This document shows, piece after piece, positions 33,400 to 43,775 of a DNA stretch of 64,000 nt (its first letter is position 1; every line of letters begins with the position of its first letter). The stretch spans positions 433,517 to 497,516 of the forward strand of contig CAXXUO010000009.1 of the NCBI GenBank assembly GCA_963666485.2. Direction: 5' to 3'. This DNA comes from Syntrophorhabdaceae bacterium. GTDB taxonomy: Bacteria > Desulfobacterota > Syntrophorhabdia > Syntrophorhabdales > Syntrophorhabdaceae. The position numbers were made by a program, and so were the translations under genes. The notes under the pieces were generated by a model that saw only the letters and a list, made by a program, of their open reading frames with translations, made no database searches and was not told where the DNA came from.

Positions 33400-36300
33400 T
33401 TATAGCATTTTCTTTATTCTTTCCAGGAAAATTGTTTTAGCTGTATCGGATAATCCCTGAAATTTGGCTACGAGACCGTCCACTTCAAGCTCGTCAAGTC
33501 GTTTATCACACGAAGCTGCAGCCGCATGCACTTTCTTGAGATCTTCTTCGCTGAGGAAAGCAGGGGGGTTTTGCAATTTTACACGGATTTGGTTCACGCT
33601 TACCGCGTCAAGAGTGGAAATGGCCGAGGCTCCCGGCACTGAAGTGTCAATCCACCTGATAGATTGTTCTTTCCGCTGTATTTTGCACGAATCTAAAAGT
33701 TTTTCATAAGTCTCTTCTATATCCCACGGTGGTTCTTCTTCATCGAAAGCATCCTTGGCTTTGGATAAACAATTCGTGAATATATCTAGCTGTTGTTCGT
33801 CGGTAATTTGGAGAGAACCGAATTCATGGAAATGATCTATCATCATTCGCAAATAGCTATCAATGGTCTTAAAGTCCTCAAGATCTTTGTCTTGACCCTC
33901 ATAAAGATCTCGTAATATTCCAACCTCTCGCAAAATATCACTTATATCATCAATTTTCGAAATATCGCTATTCCATAATTGTTCTCCGCGTTCTTTGTCT
34001 GCATCTAATTGTTTTTGGCATTTATCTCTCAAATCGCGAATTTTTCCTGCAGCGGAATCCAATTGTGGTATCGCGCTAGATGATTTATTTGATCTTGCCG
34101 ATAGAATAGTATCCGATATACGTTTTGCGGTACTCATAATATTATGAAGATCTTTCACTTTAGTAAATTCAGATATTATTTGCGAATTGACAAAGGCATT
34201 GGCTTCATCAACAACGTATTTTATTCGCTGATTTTCATCAATATCGGACCTTATTCGATCAACATGATCTTCTAATTTTTTTCGTTCTTCCGGCAATCCA
34301 AGGGTCGTTAAATTCTGCTGAATGCGTCGCATTTTCTGTTCAAAATCACCCCAAGCTTTGAGATCTATAATAACTTCACCCTTGACCCAACTCGGAAAAA
34401 ATTGCTTGGTTGCATTTTTTGCTTTTTGAAGAAGGTTCTCAACTCGAGAGAAATCTTCGTCCAGCCAAGCATCCTCTTTGTTATTCATTCGGTCCAAAAT
34501 CCTGGCCAACTCTGCCCCGCATCTCGATATATTGCCAGCGTTTTGTTTTTGATAGGCTCTTTCCAGAAACTCATCCTGTTTTTCAATTTCGTTATCCCAA
34601 CGTTCGAGCTCATCTTGTGCGTCTTTGGAGCGATTCGCAAGCAACTCGTAGTGATGCAATCTATCGGGAGGGAGAGGTATTCGTTTTTTAAGCTCATAGG
34701 CCTTAAAAATCCAATCAAGTTGTGCGCGATATTTTTTTTCAGAATCCCACGAACTGAGGAGATCATTCCATTCATCCGTAGCCCCAGTGTCTACGGCCTT
34801 TATGGCGGTTGACTCCAAGTAATTCAGTGAAAGATAGTTGCCGGTAAAAGCTCCACTCAACCACTTATCGATAGGTATGATTTCACTACCGATCAAAAAC
34901 CATAATTTATCATGGCGAGGACAAATGAATAGACCAATGAGCATACCGGCTGAAGCTATGTTACAGCCATACGGGGGTAGGCAAAGCTCACGTGCAAAAG
35001 AACCCAGATTTACCGATATTCCCGCCTTCAACTGAGAATCAAGCGTGGCGCATATCTTAGCTACCGAACTGTTGCGAGGCTTCGTTGTTATCAAGCCATC
35101 GGAACCCAATGCTTTCCAACTATTATTTAGAACAGAAACAAGGCGATTCCTCTGCTGGGCATTGCGTGTTGCGATGTAACTTTGAGTGAGGCTACCCCTA
35201 AAAAGTTCCGTTGTGAATACTTGACAATCCTTCGCTGCGCCTCCTTTGGTTTTATGAAAGCCATCAAACGGGAAAGGGATGCAGGAAGTATATATTCCAT
35301 TAAAAAGATCGTATAGAGCGTCTCTGATTTTGATTCCGCGCTTCAGTTGCTTATTGCCGGCGAAAAATAAGCCTTCATTCTCCTGTTTCCTAAAAGTTCC
35401 CTGCAATTCTTCTAATGCATTAGGTTGCCTATCCATGATGAAATTTGTAAATCGTTTCATATCTTCATCATTGCCTTTATTGGCAAGAATCCAATGTTCT
35501 GCGATTAATTTACCGAGATTGCCATCTTTATCGTGAAGAAATGCCACTAGCAAAGGGATTTTAGTATCTTCATTGACGCCAAGCTTTTCGAGGGTTGAGT
35601 TCCATAACAGAGTGCTGTTTTCGACAACCCGAGCATAATCGCTATCAGGTCCAACATAACAATAGATGAGTTGTCCTCGGGGATCATCCGGTGTGACCGC
35701 CTCTCTCCAATTACGGATAGCATATGCAATATGGCCACCAAGCATTTGTATTGTCGAGATTGTAACTGTATATTTCCATTCGGGTGTTGTAATCTGATTC
35801 TTCATCCCGAAATCTGTTTCTACGTGATCAATGGACAGCCAATCCTTAATGTGAGTTGCGAAAAGTTCTCCTCGCTTATCAAGTGATATTTCACTGATCT
35901 TGGCTTCGAGGACATCCAGGAAAGCACGCCTAGGAAGAGCATCGCCGATGATCTCGAACTGATGAATGGAATCATTCCATTCGATCACATTATGTTCAGA
36001 TGTAAGTCTTTTTATCGTTTCTTTTATTTCTTTTGTTTGTCTTGCACTGAGCGAGCCTAGGATTGTTTCCCATTCCTGTTGTGTTTCGCCACGGCAACTT
36101 ACTTTGGACGCGAGCAATATTGCTTTAAGAACATCAACATCCTTGCTTTTGAATTCATGAGAATATTTATTTATGACGGTGCCGTAAGCATGGGCCATCG
36201 CGCCCTGCTGCCCGAATCTTTCTGAAGCTATGAATTCATTTATCATATCATCGGTGCATAACGCAGTCGCAGGAAGTGTCCAATATCCATTCGCAACTTC

Positions 36301-37653
36301 CTTGGCGCGATATTGATCTATCGCTAATGCCAATAAGTACAGCGCTGAACGGTTTTGAAGAGATTTACCTGCAGCGGACAACTTATAGAGAAACCAGGTT
36401 GCCATAGGATGCAGAGGCCAACATCCTTCCACTATTATTTTGGAAAAATGCGCTGGTTCTATCCAGAGAGGATATTTTGATGAATCCGGGAACCATTGCT
36501 TTAAATTATGCATAGTTTGATACTTCTCGGATTCGCTCACGTTTTTCTCTATATATGTTTTCAATAACTTTTCATCTTTCTTCTGTATTAAGCTTGCAAT
36601 AAGGGTTTCAAGATTTGTTGAAAGATGAACTCTTGTTGCTGAATCATAGCGTGTGACGTATCTATTGAGACCGTCACGGAACTCCGGCGCTACCCTCGAC
36701 ATATATGCTTTCAATTCATACTGGATGAAACATAATAGTGAGACTACATCGCTTTCGGCTTGTACGGCCTCGAAAAGTTGCTGCAATACTCCACTGCCCG
36801 CTACATAAGGTTTCTGGACCGCAAACTCCAAGTAGCGCCCAAATTCGTCGAATATGATGAAGATCCCTTTAAATGCCTTATCGGGGCCGCAGTAGGTCTT
36901 ACGTAAAACCGACATGAATTCTTGCAATGATTCCTGCCCGACCGATATGATTGGTGTTCCCATTTTGTCTTCAAAAATACGACTTATTTTCTCAAATACT
37001 TCTTCGTCTTGATCTAAAAGCCGTTGAAGCAAAGCTTCTTTGTTAACATCCCGACCAAAGATTTCGGAAAATTCTTTTTCTAACGATTCATAAAATGATT
37101 CAACGAAGCTCTTAGCCGACTTAAACCGCGGCCGAAGATCTTCCAAGGGTTTGACGTCGAGGTTATGCAATTTCAGGCGTAAGAAAACCTGCCGAATTAT
37201 TTCCCGTGACAAGTTAAAATCCTGCATTCCGTTAATGGCGAGAACCAGATAAGGTTGTTCGAGATTCGTCAGTATATGGGAGACAAGAGATCCGATTGAA
37301 CCATCGGCTTGTTTAATATTATCGATAATACACTTAGCCGTATCTCCGTCGGGTTCGCTCAAAAGTTCAGCAATTGTTACCCCTAAATGAGACTTGCCCG
37401 TGCCCCAACCCGAGATCGCGAGCGTAAAGGGGTCGGACGAATTATCCTCTCCCGTTATTCTTGTGAGGATGTCTCTGACAAAAGTAGCTGTATCTATGTC
37501 GGATTCGCCTGCACCATGATAGTCAGGCCCGTGGAAAACAAAATGTTCGGCTGCCTTTTTGCTTTGGGAAGGATCAGTTTCAAACCAACTTATCTGGACC
37601 GCTCCTTGAAAAAGACGGTCTTTACGGAAAGTAATTAAATCGGCAAGTTTCAT
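33400..37653 (-). CDS. Large SspC/BrxC-like P-loop ATPase (second copy) with helical C-terminal extension
   Basis: SGWGTGKS, IIFDEFGRYLE, WPLHP, LQNRS, PPYG parallel the motifs of CDS 50797-54213. Confidence 0.7.
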   Translation of the reverse strand: MKLADLITFRKDRLFQGAVQISWFETDPSQSKKAAEHFVFHGPDYHGAGESDIDTATFVRDILTRITGEDNSSDPFTLAISGWGTGKSHLGVTIAELLSEPDGDTAKCIIDNIKQADGSIGSLVSHILTNLEQPYLVLAINGMQDFNLSREIIRQVFLRLKLHNLDVKPLEDLRPRFKSAKSFVESFYESLEKEFSEIFGRDVNKEALLQRLLDQDEEVFEKISRIFEDKMGTPIISVGQESLQEFMSVLRKTYCGPDKAFKGIFIIFDEFGRYLEFAVQKPYVAGSGVLQQLFEAVQAESDVVSLLCFIQYELKAYMSRVAPEFRDGLNRYVTRYDSATRVHLSTNLETLIASLIQKKDEKLLKTYIEKNVSESEKYQTMHNLKQWFPDSSKYPLWIEPAHFSKIIVEGCWPLHPMATWFLYKLSAAGKSLQNRSALYLLALAIDQYRAKEVANGYWTLPATALCTDDMINEFIASERFGQQGAMAHAYGTVINKYSHEFKSKDVDVLKAILLASKVSCRGETQQEWETILGSLSARQTKEIKETIKRLTSEHNVIEWNDSIHQFEIIGDALPRRAFLDVLEAKISEISLDKRGELFATHIKDWLSIDHVETDFGMKNQITTPEWKYTVTISTIQMLGGHIAYAIRNWREAVTPDDPRGQLIYCYVGPDSDYARVVENSTLLWNSTLEKLGVNEDTKIPLLVAFLHDKDGNLGKLIAEHWILANKGNDEDMKRFTNFIMDRQPNALEELQGTFRKQENEGLFFAGNKQLKRGIKIRDALYDLFNGIYTSCIPFPFDGFHKTKGGAAKDCQVFTTELFRGSLTQSYIATRNAQQRNRLVSVLNNSWKALGSDGLITTKPRNSSVAKICATLDSQLKAGISVNLGSFARELCLPPYGCNIASAGMLIGLFICPRHDKLWFLIGSEIIPIDKWLSGAFTGNYLSLNYLESTAIKAVDTGATDEWNDLLSSWDSEKKYRAQLDWIFKAYELKKRIPLPPDRLHHYELLANRSKDAQDELERWDNEIEKQDEFLERAYQKQNAGNISRCGAELARILDRMNNKEDAWLDEDFSRVENLLQKAKNATKQFFPSWVKGEVIIDLKAWGDFEQKMRRIQQNLTTLGLPEERKKLEDHVDRIRSDIDENQRIKYVVDEANAFVNSQIISEFTKVKDLHNIMSTAKRISDTILSARSNKSSSAIPQLDSAAGKIRDLRDKCQKQLDADKERGEQLWNSDISKIDDISDILREVGILRDLYEGQDKDLEDFKTIDSYLRMMIDHFHEFGSLQITDEQQLDIFTNCLSKAKDAFDEEEPPWDIEETYEKLLDSCKIQRKEQSIRWIDTSVPGASAISTLDAVSVNQIRVKLQNPPAFLSEEDLKKVHAAAASCDKRLDELEVDGLVAKFQGLSDTAKTIFLERIKKML

Positions 37654-37672
37654 TGAATCCTCTTATTAATAC

Positions 37673-38488
37673 CTATTTGTAAATTTGAGACCAAACTTCT
37701 GAAGATGGTTGTAATTTGTGAATGATCCATGGACGCATCTGCCTGTCTATCCTGACCGAGTTGGTCTCTTCAATGAGATTGAGAATGGCGTCTGTATCCG
37801 ATTGAACCCAGGAAGCGGCGTCGAACATTCCGCTAACTGAATTAAGGTCGTATGCAGTAACCTGTATTTGACCGGGAAATTCATCTTCGATGATCTGTAA
37901 AATATAAGCTGCGTAAACTCTTGCGTAATTCCTGGCAATTGGCGCCTTACCGCTAACAACCTGCTTTTCCAGTTTTTTCAAAGGATCTATTTTGCCTAAT
38001 GCAACATCGTCATGATAAGTTCTTATTAAAGGACCAATCCGATTCCTACCGGGTCCAAAAATGTTCTTGAGATAGTCCTCAAGCTTGGTCACCGTGAAGG
38101 AAGCACCCAATATATCTCTGCCCCTGACAAATGTCTCATACCATGCCGCTGCACCATGCGAAGGATGACATAAACTGAGGTGCGCGATCCACTGGGTTAC
38201 CGGTTGACTCAGCAAAGCATCTTCAAGCAACACAATTCGACCAAAATTCGTTAGAACAGGATGTCTGATACCGTTCTTGGATTTCAAATCATACTGGATT
38301 AAGCCCATTCCCCTAGCATAATCTATGATTGCCGGCACCTTGCCATTTGATTTTCCCATCGGGATCCCGGTGGCACCGGCTATGTCATGGTAGCTTCCTG
38401 ACAAACCGTTTCCCGCATACTGAAGCAAGCTATTAAGCAGTCGTCTTTCCGGAATAAAAGTTCTATGAAAGTTAATTGGCAATGACAT
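37673..38488 (-). CDS. DUF4007/SspB-like winged-helix protein (second copy)
   Basis: FHRTF..GIPMGK..YARGMGL..LTNFG..D.LL....TQWIAH.L parallels the DUF4007 motifs of CDS 54221-55171. Confidence 0.6.
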   Translation of the reverse strand: MSLPINFHRTFIPERRLLNSLLQYAGNGLSGSYHDIAGATGIPMGKSNGKVPAIIDYARGMGLIQYDLKSKNGIRHPVLTNFGRIVLLEDALLSQPVTQWIAHLSLCHPSHGAAAWYETFVRGRDILGASFTVTKLEDYLKNIFGPGRNRIGPLIRTYHDDVALGKIDPLKKLEKQVVSGKAPIARNYARVYAAYILQIIEDEFPGQIQVTAYDLNSVSGMFDAASWVQSDTDAILNLIEETNSVRIDRQMRPWIIHKLQPSSEVWSQIYK

Positions 38489-41400
38489 TTAGGTCGCACT
38501 CTCCTTACCAATATCTTTGAAACGTGATCTTAAAGATTCGATCTTGATGTGAAATGCTTTCGTCTCGAGCCCCTGCTGAGTGTTCAGCGAAGGTCCTAGG
38601 GAATAACATTCTCCTTTTTTAAGCCTGGAAAGACGTTGTATCCATATTTCAGCTTTTTCATTCGTGGTGTTTTCCAATATTTGGGCATAACTTCGCAATT
38701 CGGTATCCGCGGGCTTAAAGAATAATTTATGACTCGCTTGAAATAATCTGTCTTGTTCATCTTTTTTAAGATTGCTTAGAGTCTGCGTTGCCACAATGAG
38801 GGAGATCCCGAATTTTCTTCCCTCCGTTAGAAATTTACCGAGAGGACTTTCAAGGTCATGATCCAGGTTTTGAATTTCATCGAGTATTATGATCCTGGGT
38901 CTGTCTTTATTGCCCTTACCACGATAATACCAGTATAGATCGATAAGGGTGAATTCCGTGATCAACTTCGATGCATCCTTTAGAAAACCTGCCAGTTGAA
39001 GGATATGACAGCGGGAATTTTGATCCATAAACAAGGTCTCCCAATTATCGCCTTCCTCAGCGCCAAACGGATTCATATCGACAAAAGGCTGGATCTTGCT
39101 TACGACCGTCAAAGAAGATGGATTTTCGTCAACCATTTCTTTGAGTTCTTCGATCAATAAAGGCAAGGTCATTTCATTTCCGTGCGTTTCTATTCCTCTC
39201 TTTATGGCCGTGTAGAGGGCCGATTTTTGCTGGTCGCCAAATTCGTAAACTTCGGAAAAAACCCCGCTAACCCTCTGTGCCGTATTAGACGGGTCTTCCG
39301 GAAGAAGCATTTCGCCGATCATGTCTTCCTGCCGCCTGAAAGGATTTATGGGTAATGGATCCTTTCGTACAATATGTTGAACAGGTTTCAACATCTTTCT
39401 TGTCTCAGTTTCCAGCTGATTGTCATAAAATCCGTTGGTATAGTCCACTATTAAAGAATTTTGGCCGGCCCGACCGAGTTCACATAATAAGGCTTGGATC
39501 GCATACGTCTTTCCCATCCCGGACGTGCCAAATATGAGTATATGCCTGTTCGCTAAGTCCTGGTGACCGAATTCCCAGAACACTTGTCTATTGCCTTGAG
39601 CGCCTTGGCCCAGAAAGATCCTCTGGGGCAATTTCGGCTCAATTGTGCCGCGATACTCGGGTTCGCTAACGTCCGGTTTCTTGTCTGAGATTGATGTCTG
39701 TGAATCGTTGTCCGAAGCACTGCCCGTCTCACCTCCCGGTGCTTGTTGTTTCTCTTCGTTGATTTCTATCGAAGGTTTTATTTCTTTTTCTAGCGTAATA
39801 CTTGAATAATCAAGGCTTTGTTCACCCAAAGGCAAATAGGTATCAAGGTTGTTCAGGCATAGAGATTTTACGAATTGACGGCCGGCGGATATCACCCCTG
39901 CCATCAGAGTGTTTTCGCCTACTTGAAACTCCCAATCGGCGACCCTGGCTATGTTCGATTGATCGGAGTCAGTCCAAAAGGTAACCGCCGCCGCCTTCCA
40001 TTGAATCGTAAAAAAACCATCGCTCAGCCTCTCAAGGGCATTAATAGCATCTTTAAACTGCGGATACTTCACTCGTCCCTTGCTCGCTATCAGGCGTTGG
40101 AGCTGCAGCCACCAATATCGCTGATCGGGCCTGTCATCAATTCCCTCATTCTTACCTTGACGAGGTTTGAAGCAATCTACCAAATGGCTCAGACCACTCT
40201 GAAGCTGTTCTCGGGCCTTTTCAAGATGCGTCTCAGATTCCTGGGCGAGTTTGCACTCGAACAGTTGCGATTCGATCCGGAACTGCCCATCTATTATTGT
40301 GGCCTTCAAACGCAATAGATCTGGTCTGTTATTATTTGGTGACGAATCAAACCAATGCCGAAAGGCATCGAGAGAGACAATCTCGTCACAGAAAGCATCG
40401 GCATCCCTTGGAAGCAATTTTCGCAACAAAGCGTACGAGATATAATCTCTGACGTATTGCGACGGCCCCGTGGCCTTAACGAGGGACAAACCCGCCATAT
40501 GCAGAGATTCGCTGATGATGCTTGATGCCATATTGTTGCTTGCCTCGTGATCCAAAGGCCCCAGTTTCGACGCTATGTGCGACGCAATCTTAGACCGGAC
40601 TTGTGCGATCCTGAAGAAATCCGTCGATATGGTATAGTTATGCTCGCCATGGCTACCGACGCCAGACCCAAATCCGATAATTTCTCTTTGCCGGATACCA
40701 TTATGATCTTCTTTTCCTATTAGCCTTTCATCTACGGATGGGTCGATACACACTACCCAGGTGCTTCTTTCGTGCAGTTTGTCGACCAGTCTTTTCCAAG
40801 GTGCAAAATCGCCTTTTCCCATTACTATGTAATCCTTCTCTGCAACATGCGTCGGCAGCTTCAAGCGTGCCATTACTTGAGAATGCAGGGTGCCTAAGAC
40901 AAATTGGCGATTGCTGATAATCCTTTCGCGTACCCAATCCATACCGCCGCCTACCACTGAGCAACAGGCTTTTTCTAAGACGGGGAACATTCGGAATTTT
41001 CCGCTTGCGTCATACGGCTCAATCTCTTCAAACTTATTTCCCCCCGCCCCTGCACGGACAAAATGGACCAAGAAGGATAGATCAACATTAATTTGGGAGA
41101 TCAGGTTTTCGAACAATGTATGGTCTTTCTGCTGGGTAATGAGGCGGTGAGCAACTGAGATCTTACACCAACTGTAGTAGTCATACTTTGCCGAATACTC
41201 TGCACCAATCCACCTTTCACGCCAAGCACTAACCCATTTTGTCATTGCGGTGTCATCCTGAGTTTCGGCAAAGAGGATGAGCGAAAGAGTGTAAGGTCTA
41301 TCGCCGCTCCTAATTTTTGCCAGTTCGCGCAAATAGGCATCTATACCTGCTATAACAGGTTGGACAGGCCCCCCGCAGTAGGCACTTATGGATAGGCCAT

Positions 41401-43774
41401 CGTCAGCGTGGGCATACAGTGACCGATAGTCTTCCAATACCCTTTGAATAAGTCGAGACTCTCGGGTTTCTTCGAACAAGTCCTCATCCGATATATCATC
41501 CTCGTCGCCCGTATCATAACGAAGAAGAAGTTTCGTCGACAGGCTGGTATCACCGGAGCTATCTTCACCGACTATATGGAAAATTCCGAAACTCTTTACG
41601 TTTGTGTCCAAGATCTGGTCTTCGTTGCGGAGCGTACCGTATATTGGCCATTGTATTTTGGCGAGGTCCATGACATCCGTCCACCGCCTCTCATTAAATC
41701 CTTTTTGGCTAGATACCCATAGCGCTTGTCGTGCCGCAGTTTCGAAACTTTCAGAAAGAAAGGAATGTTGGTGTACGATCATCTCAAGGAGTGCCGGGTG
41801 CAAAGGAGTGATAATTGCTGAAGGCTCGAAGCCCTTCCATATCCACAGGCTTGTCGGGTGATCCTCACGTTCACCCACCATAAAAAATGCCTTGAACAGC
41901 AGGGCGCCCAATCGGCTCGTTTTACACTCGGGATCCACCAGAAATGCTTTGTACGTCTTCCGATAGGCTGCATCCAGTGGACCGAACTTATTATTTAGCG
42001 CCGAAAAGAGGCCTTCTTCATGGGCTTCCTTAATGAAGTGTCCGTAGGCATAAGCAAGTTCCATCAAATGAGAGTATGTCTTGTCGTGCGTGTCTATGCC
42101 GTCGGCGCCAAGAAGATGCACGATATTTTTCGATTCGCTCTCCAAAGCCTGCACCAATATTCGATTTACTTCATCATCATCTTTTGCCAATGAGAGCTCT
42201 TCGCTGTAAGGAATGCAGAAGACGGGCAAGGCATTAATGCGCTTTGAAAGCGCATGTTCATATGCCCAAGAAAACATGGAAGCCATATTACGGTATGGAT
42301 GGTTCTTGGGAATAGGCCAAACGAATTTTCTTGTGACGCCCTTGTTGGGTCCTAAAATAGACACCGTAAATTCCAAAAGGGGTTCGGCTCTAATAGACCG
42401 ATTATAAGCCAGATCACCATCCTCCATAGAAGGGCACAGGGAGCAACTGATTCCTATGGTATCCTCAGGTGTTTCTCTGGGATTAGGTGCGAACGCAAGG
42501 TGTTCTTCAATATAATTATCGAGACCTCCGATCAGCTGTCTTAAAAGTTGGTGTGCGATATCCGGGTCATTTTCTTCGCAGTCATGCCGAAACAAGTTCC
42601 CTTGGATCCTGATCTCTTTGATTGCTTCGCCTGCAATTATCCCCTGTTCTTGCGTCCACCTTTTATATTCAGCCAAAGTTATCCAGACCGATCGCAGAAC
42701 AACTTCAAGGGGCATCCCTGTTAACTTTCTTGTCTTTATTTCCCTGCTTTTTTCCTTTCTTTTCCTAAACCCAAGAATCTCGTCCAAAATGTAGGGAAAA
42801 TCTGAATACATCAAATTTGCTTGTGCATTCGAATCCTTTTTCTCGATGTAACGCTTCAGATCTTCAATCAATTCTTGAATCGTCTTATAGTGACCACCTA
42901 AATCATCGAGATCTACCTCTTCCGCCTTCCCGGTCTCTATTAAGTGCTGCAAATATTGATCAATTTTTTGAATCGCTTTCTTTCGGCCTTGTTTATCAAG
43001 AAAACTTCCATAGTTAAAAAATTCCACGGCGGACTTAATATAGTGGCGAATTCGAACTTTTCTTTTAGCCGACATCAATCCCTTCATAGAGGGAAGTCTA
43101 AAGTACCCCAAACTTTCTACGATAACCCTCATGGCATCCCTGCCATCCTGGGCATGCGAAAGGTCGATGCTTTCCAAAAAAATGCTTATCCGGATAATAT
43201 CGGCAAGACTCGTGTCGACGAGTGACTTGAGTATCTCGTCTATAAAAGCAATGTGATCACTTTCCGCTTCGACAGAAGCCTCCTTGAGCCTTCGTCTTAT
43301 CCAGGGTGAGAACGTGCCTTGAAGCCACTGCTCCCATAATGTTTGGTAATCAAGCCGATAGAAGTCATAGAGACTTGCTTGGTCGGGTACCTGATCGGAT
43401 CCGATCAATACGGTAACCAGGACATCTTCCGTTTGGGGATTTCTTTTTTCGTTTCTCGAAGCTGTAAGATGATTTTCTGCATCATACCACCCGCGCTGCT
43501 CAATCTCCTTGAACAGGGCCGACTCTTCCGGATCGTTGCTTGCTCTCCATAGTTGGCCCAACCTGTATGCCGTTTTTATGATTAACTTGATCCGACAATC
43601 CGGCTTTTTGGTATCGCGGTATTCCTCCAATGCCTCACCAATTGCGAGGACGATCCTTGCTGGGGCAGAAGGCAATACGACTCTGAGCTCCCTTGCGTCA
43701 GTTGACGGGGTCTTCAACATATTCTTGATTTGTTCTAGGATTGCATCTATTACCGAAGAGGAGTAGAAGATCAT
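38489..43774 (-). CDS. SspH/DndH(DptH)-like protein with C-terminal HerA/FtsK ATPase
   Basis: 1761 aa; PLHP motif; PD..ECK nuclease-like motif; NRHILIFGTSGMGKT, LDEIQNL, EGRKFG..ATQ. Confidence 0.75.
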   Translation of the reverse strand: MIFYSSSVIDAILEQIKNMLKTPSTDARELRVVLPSAPARIVLAIGEALEEYRDTKKPDCRIKLIIKTAYRLGQLWRASNDPEESALFKEIEQRGWYDAENHLTASRNEKRNPQTEDVLVTVLIGSDQVPDQASLYDFYRLDYQTLWEQWLQGTFSPWIRRRLKEASVEAESDHIAFIDEILKSLVDTSLADIIRISIFLESIDLSHAQDGRDAMRVIVESLGYFRLPSMKGLMSAKRKVRIRHYIKSAVEFFNYGSFLDKQGRKKAIQKIDQYLQHLIETGKAEEVDLDDLGGHYKTIQELIEDLKRYIEKKDSNAQANLMYSDFPYILDEILGFRKRKEKSREIKTRKLTGMPLEVVLRSVWITLAEYKRWTQEQGIIAGEAIKEIRIQGNLFRHDCEENDPDIAHQLLRQLIGGLDNYIEEHLAFAPNPRETPEDTIGISCSLCPSMEDGDLAYNRSIRAEPLLEFTVSILGPNKGVTRKFVWPIPKNHPYRNMASMFSWAYEHALSKRINALPVFCIPYSEELSLAKDDDEVNRILVQALESESKNIVHLLGADGIDTHDKTYSHLMELAYAYGHFIKEAHEEGLFSALNNKFGPLDAAYRKTYKAFLVDPECKTSRLGALLFKAFFMVGEREDHPTSLWIWKGFEPSAIITPLHPALLEMIVHQHSFLSESFETAARQALWVSSQKGFNERRWTDVMDLAKIQWPIYGTLRNEDQILDTNVKSFGIFHIVGEDSSGDTSLSTKLLLRYDTGDEDDISDEDLFEETRESRLIQRVLEDYRSLYAHADDGLSISAYCGGPVQPVIAGIDAYLRELAKIRSGDRPYTLSLILFAETQDDTAMTKWVSAWRERWIGAEYSAKYDYYSWCKISVAHRLITQQKDHTLFENLISQINVDLSFLVHFVRAGAGGNKFEEIEPYDASGKFRMFPVLEKACCSVVGGGMDWVRERIISNRQFVLGTLHSQVMARLKLPTHVAEKDYIVMGKGDFAPWKRLVDKLHERSTWVVCIDPSVDERLIGKEDHNGIRQREIIGFGSGVGSHGEHNYTISTDFFRIAQVRSKIASHIASKLGPLDHEASNNMASSIISESLHMAGLSLVKATGPSQYVRDYISYALLRKLLPRDADAFCDEIVSLDAFRHWFDSSPNNNRPDLLRLKATIIDGQFRIESQLFECKLAQESETHLEKAREQLQSGLSHLVDCFKPRQGKNEGIDDRPDQRYWWLQLQRLIASKGRVKYPQFKDAINALERLSDGFFTIQWKAAAVTFWTDSDQSNIARVADWEFQVGENTLMAGVISAGRQFVKSLCLNNLDTYLPLGEQSLDYSSITLEKEIKPSIEINEEKQQAPGGETGSASDNDSQTSISDKKPDVSEPEYRGTIEPKLPQRIFLGQGAQGNRQVFWEFGHQDLANRHILIFGTSGMGKTYAIQALLCELGRAGQNSLIVDYTNGFYDNQLETETRKMLKPVQHIVRKDPLPINPFRRQEDMIGEMLLPEDPSNTAQRVSGVFSEVYEFGDQQKSALYTAIKRGIETHGNEMTLPLLIEELKEMVDENPSSLTVVSKIQPFVDMNPFGAEEGDNWETLFMDQNSRCHILQLAGFLKDASKLITEFTLIDLYWYYRGKGNKDRPRIIILDEIQNLDHDLESPLGKFLTEGRKFGISLIVATQTLSNLKKDEQDRLFQASHKLFFKPADTELRSYAQILENTTNEKAEIWIQRLSRLKKGECYSLGPSLNTQQGLETKAFHIKIESLRSRFKDIGKESAT

Positions 43775-43775
43775 A

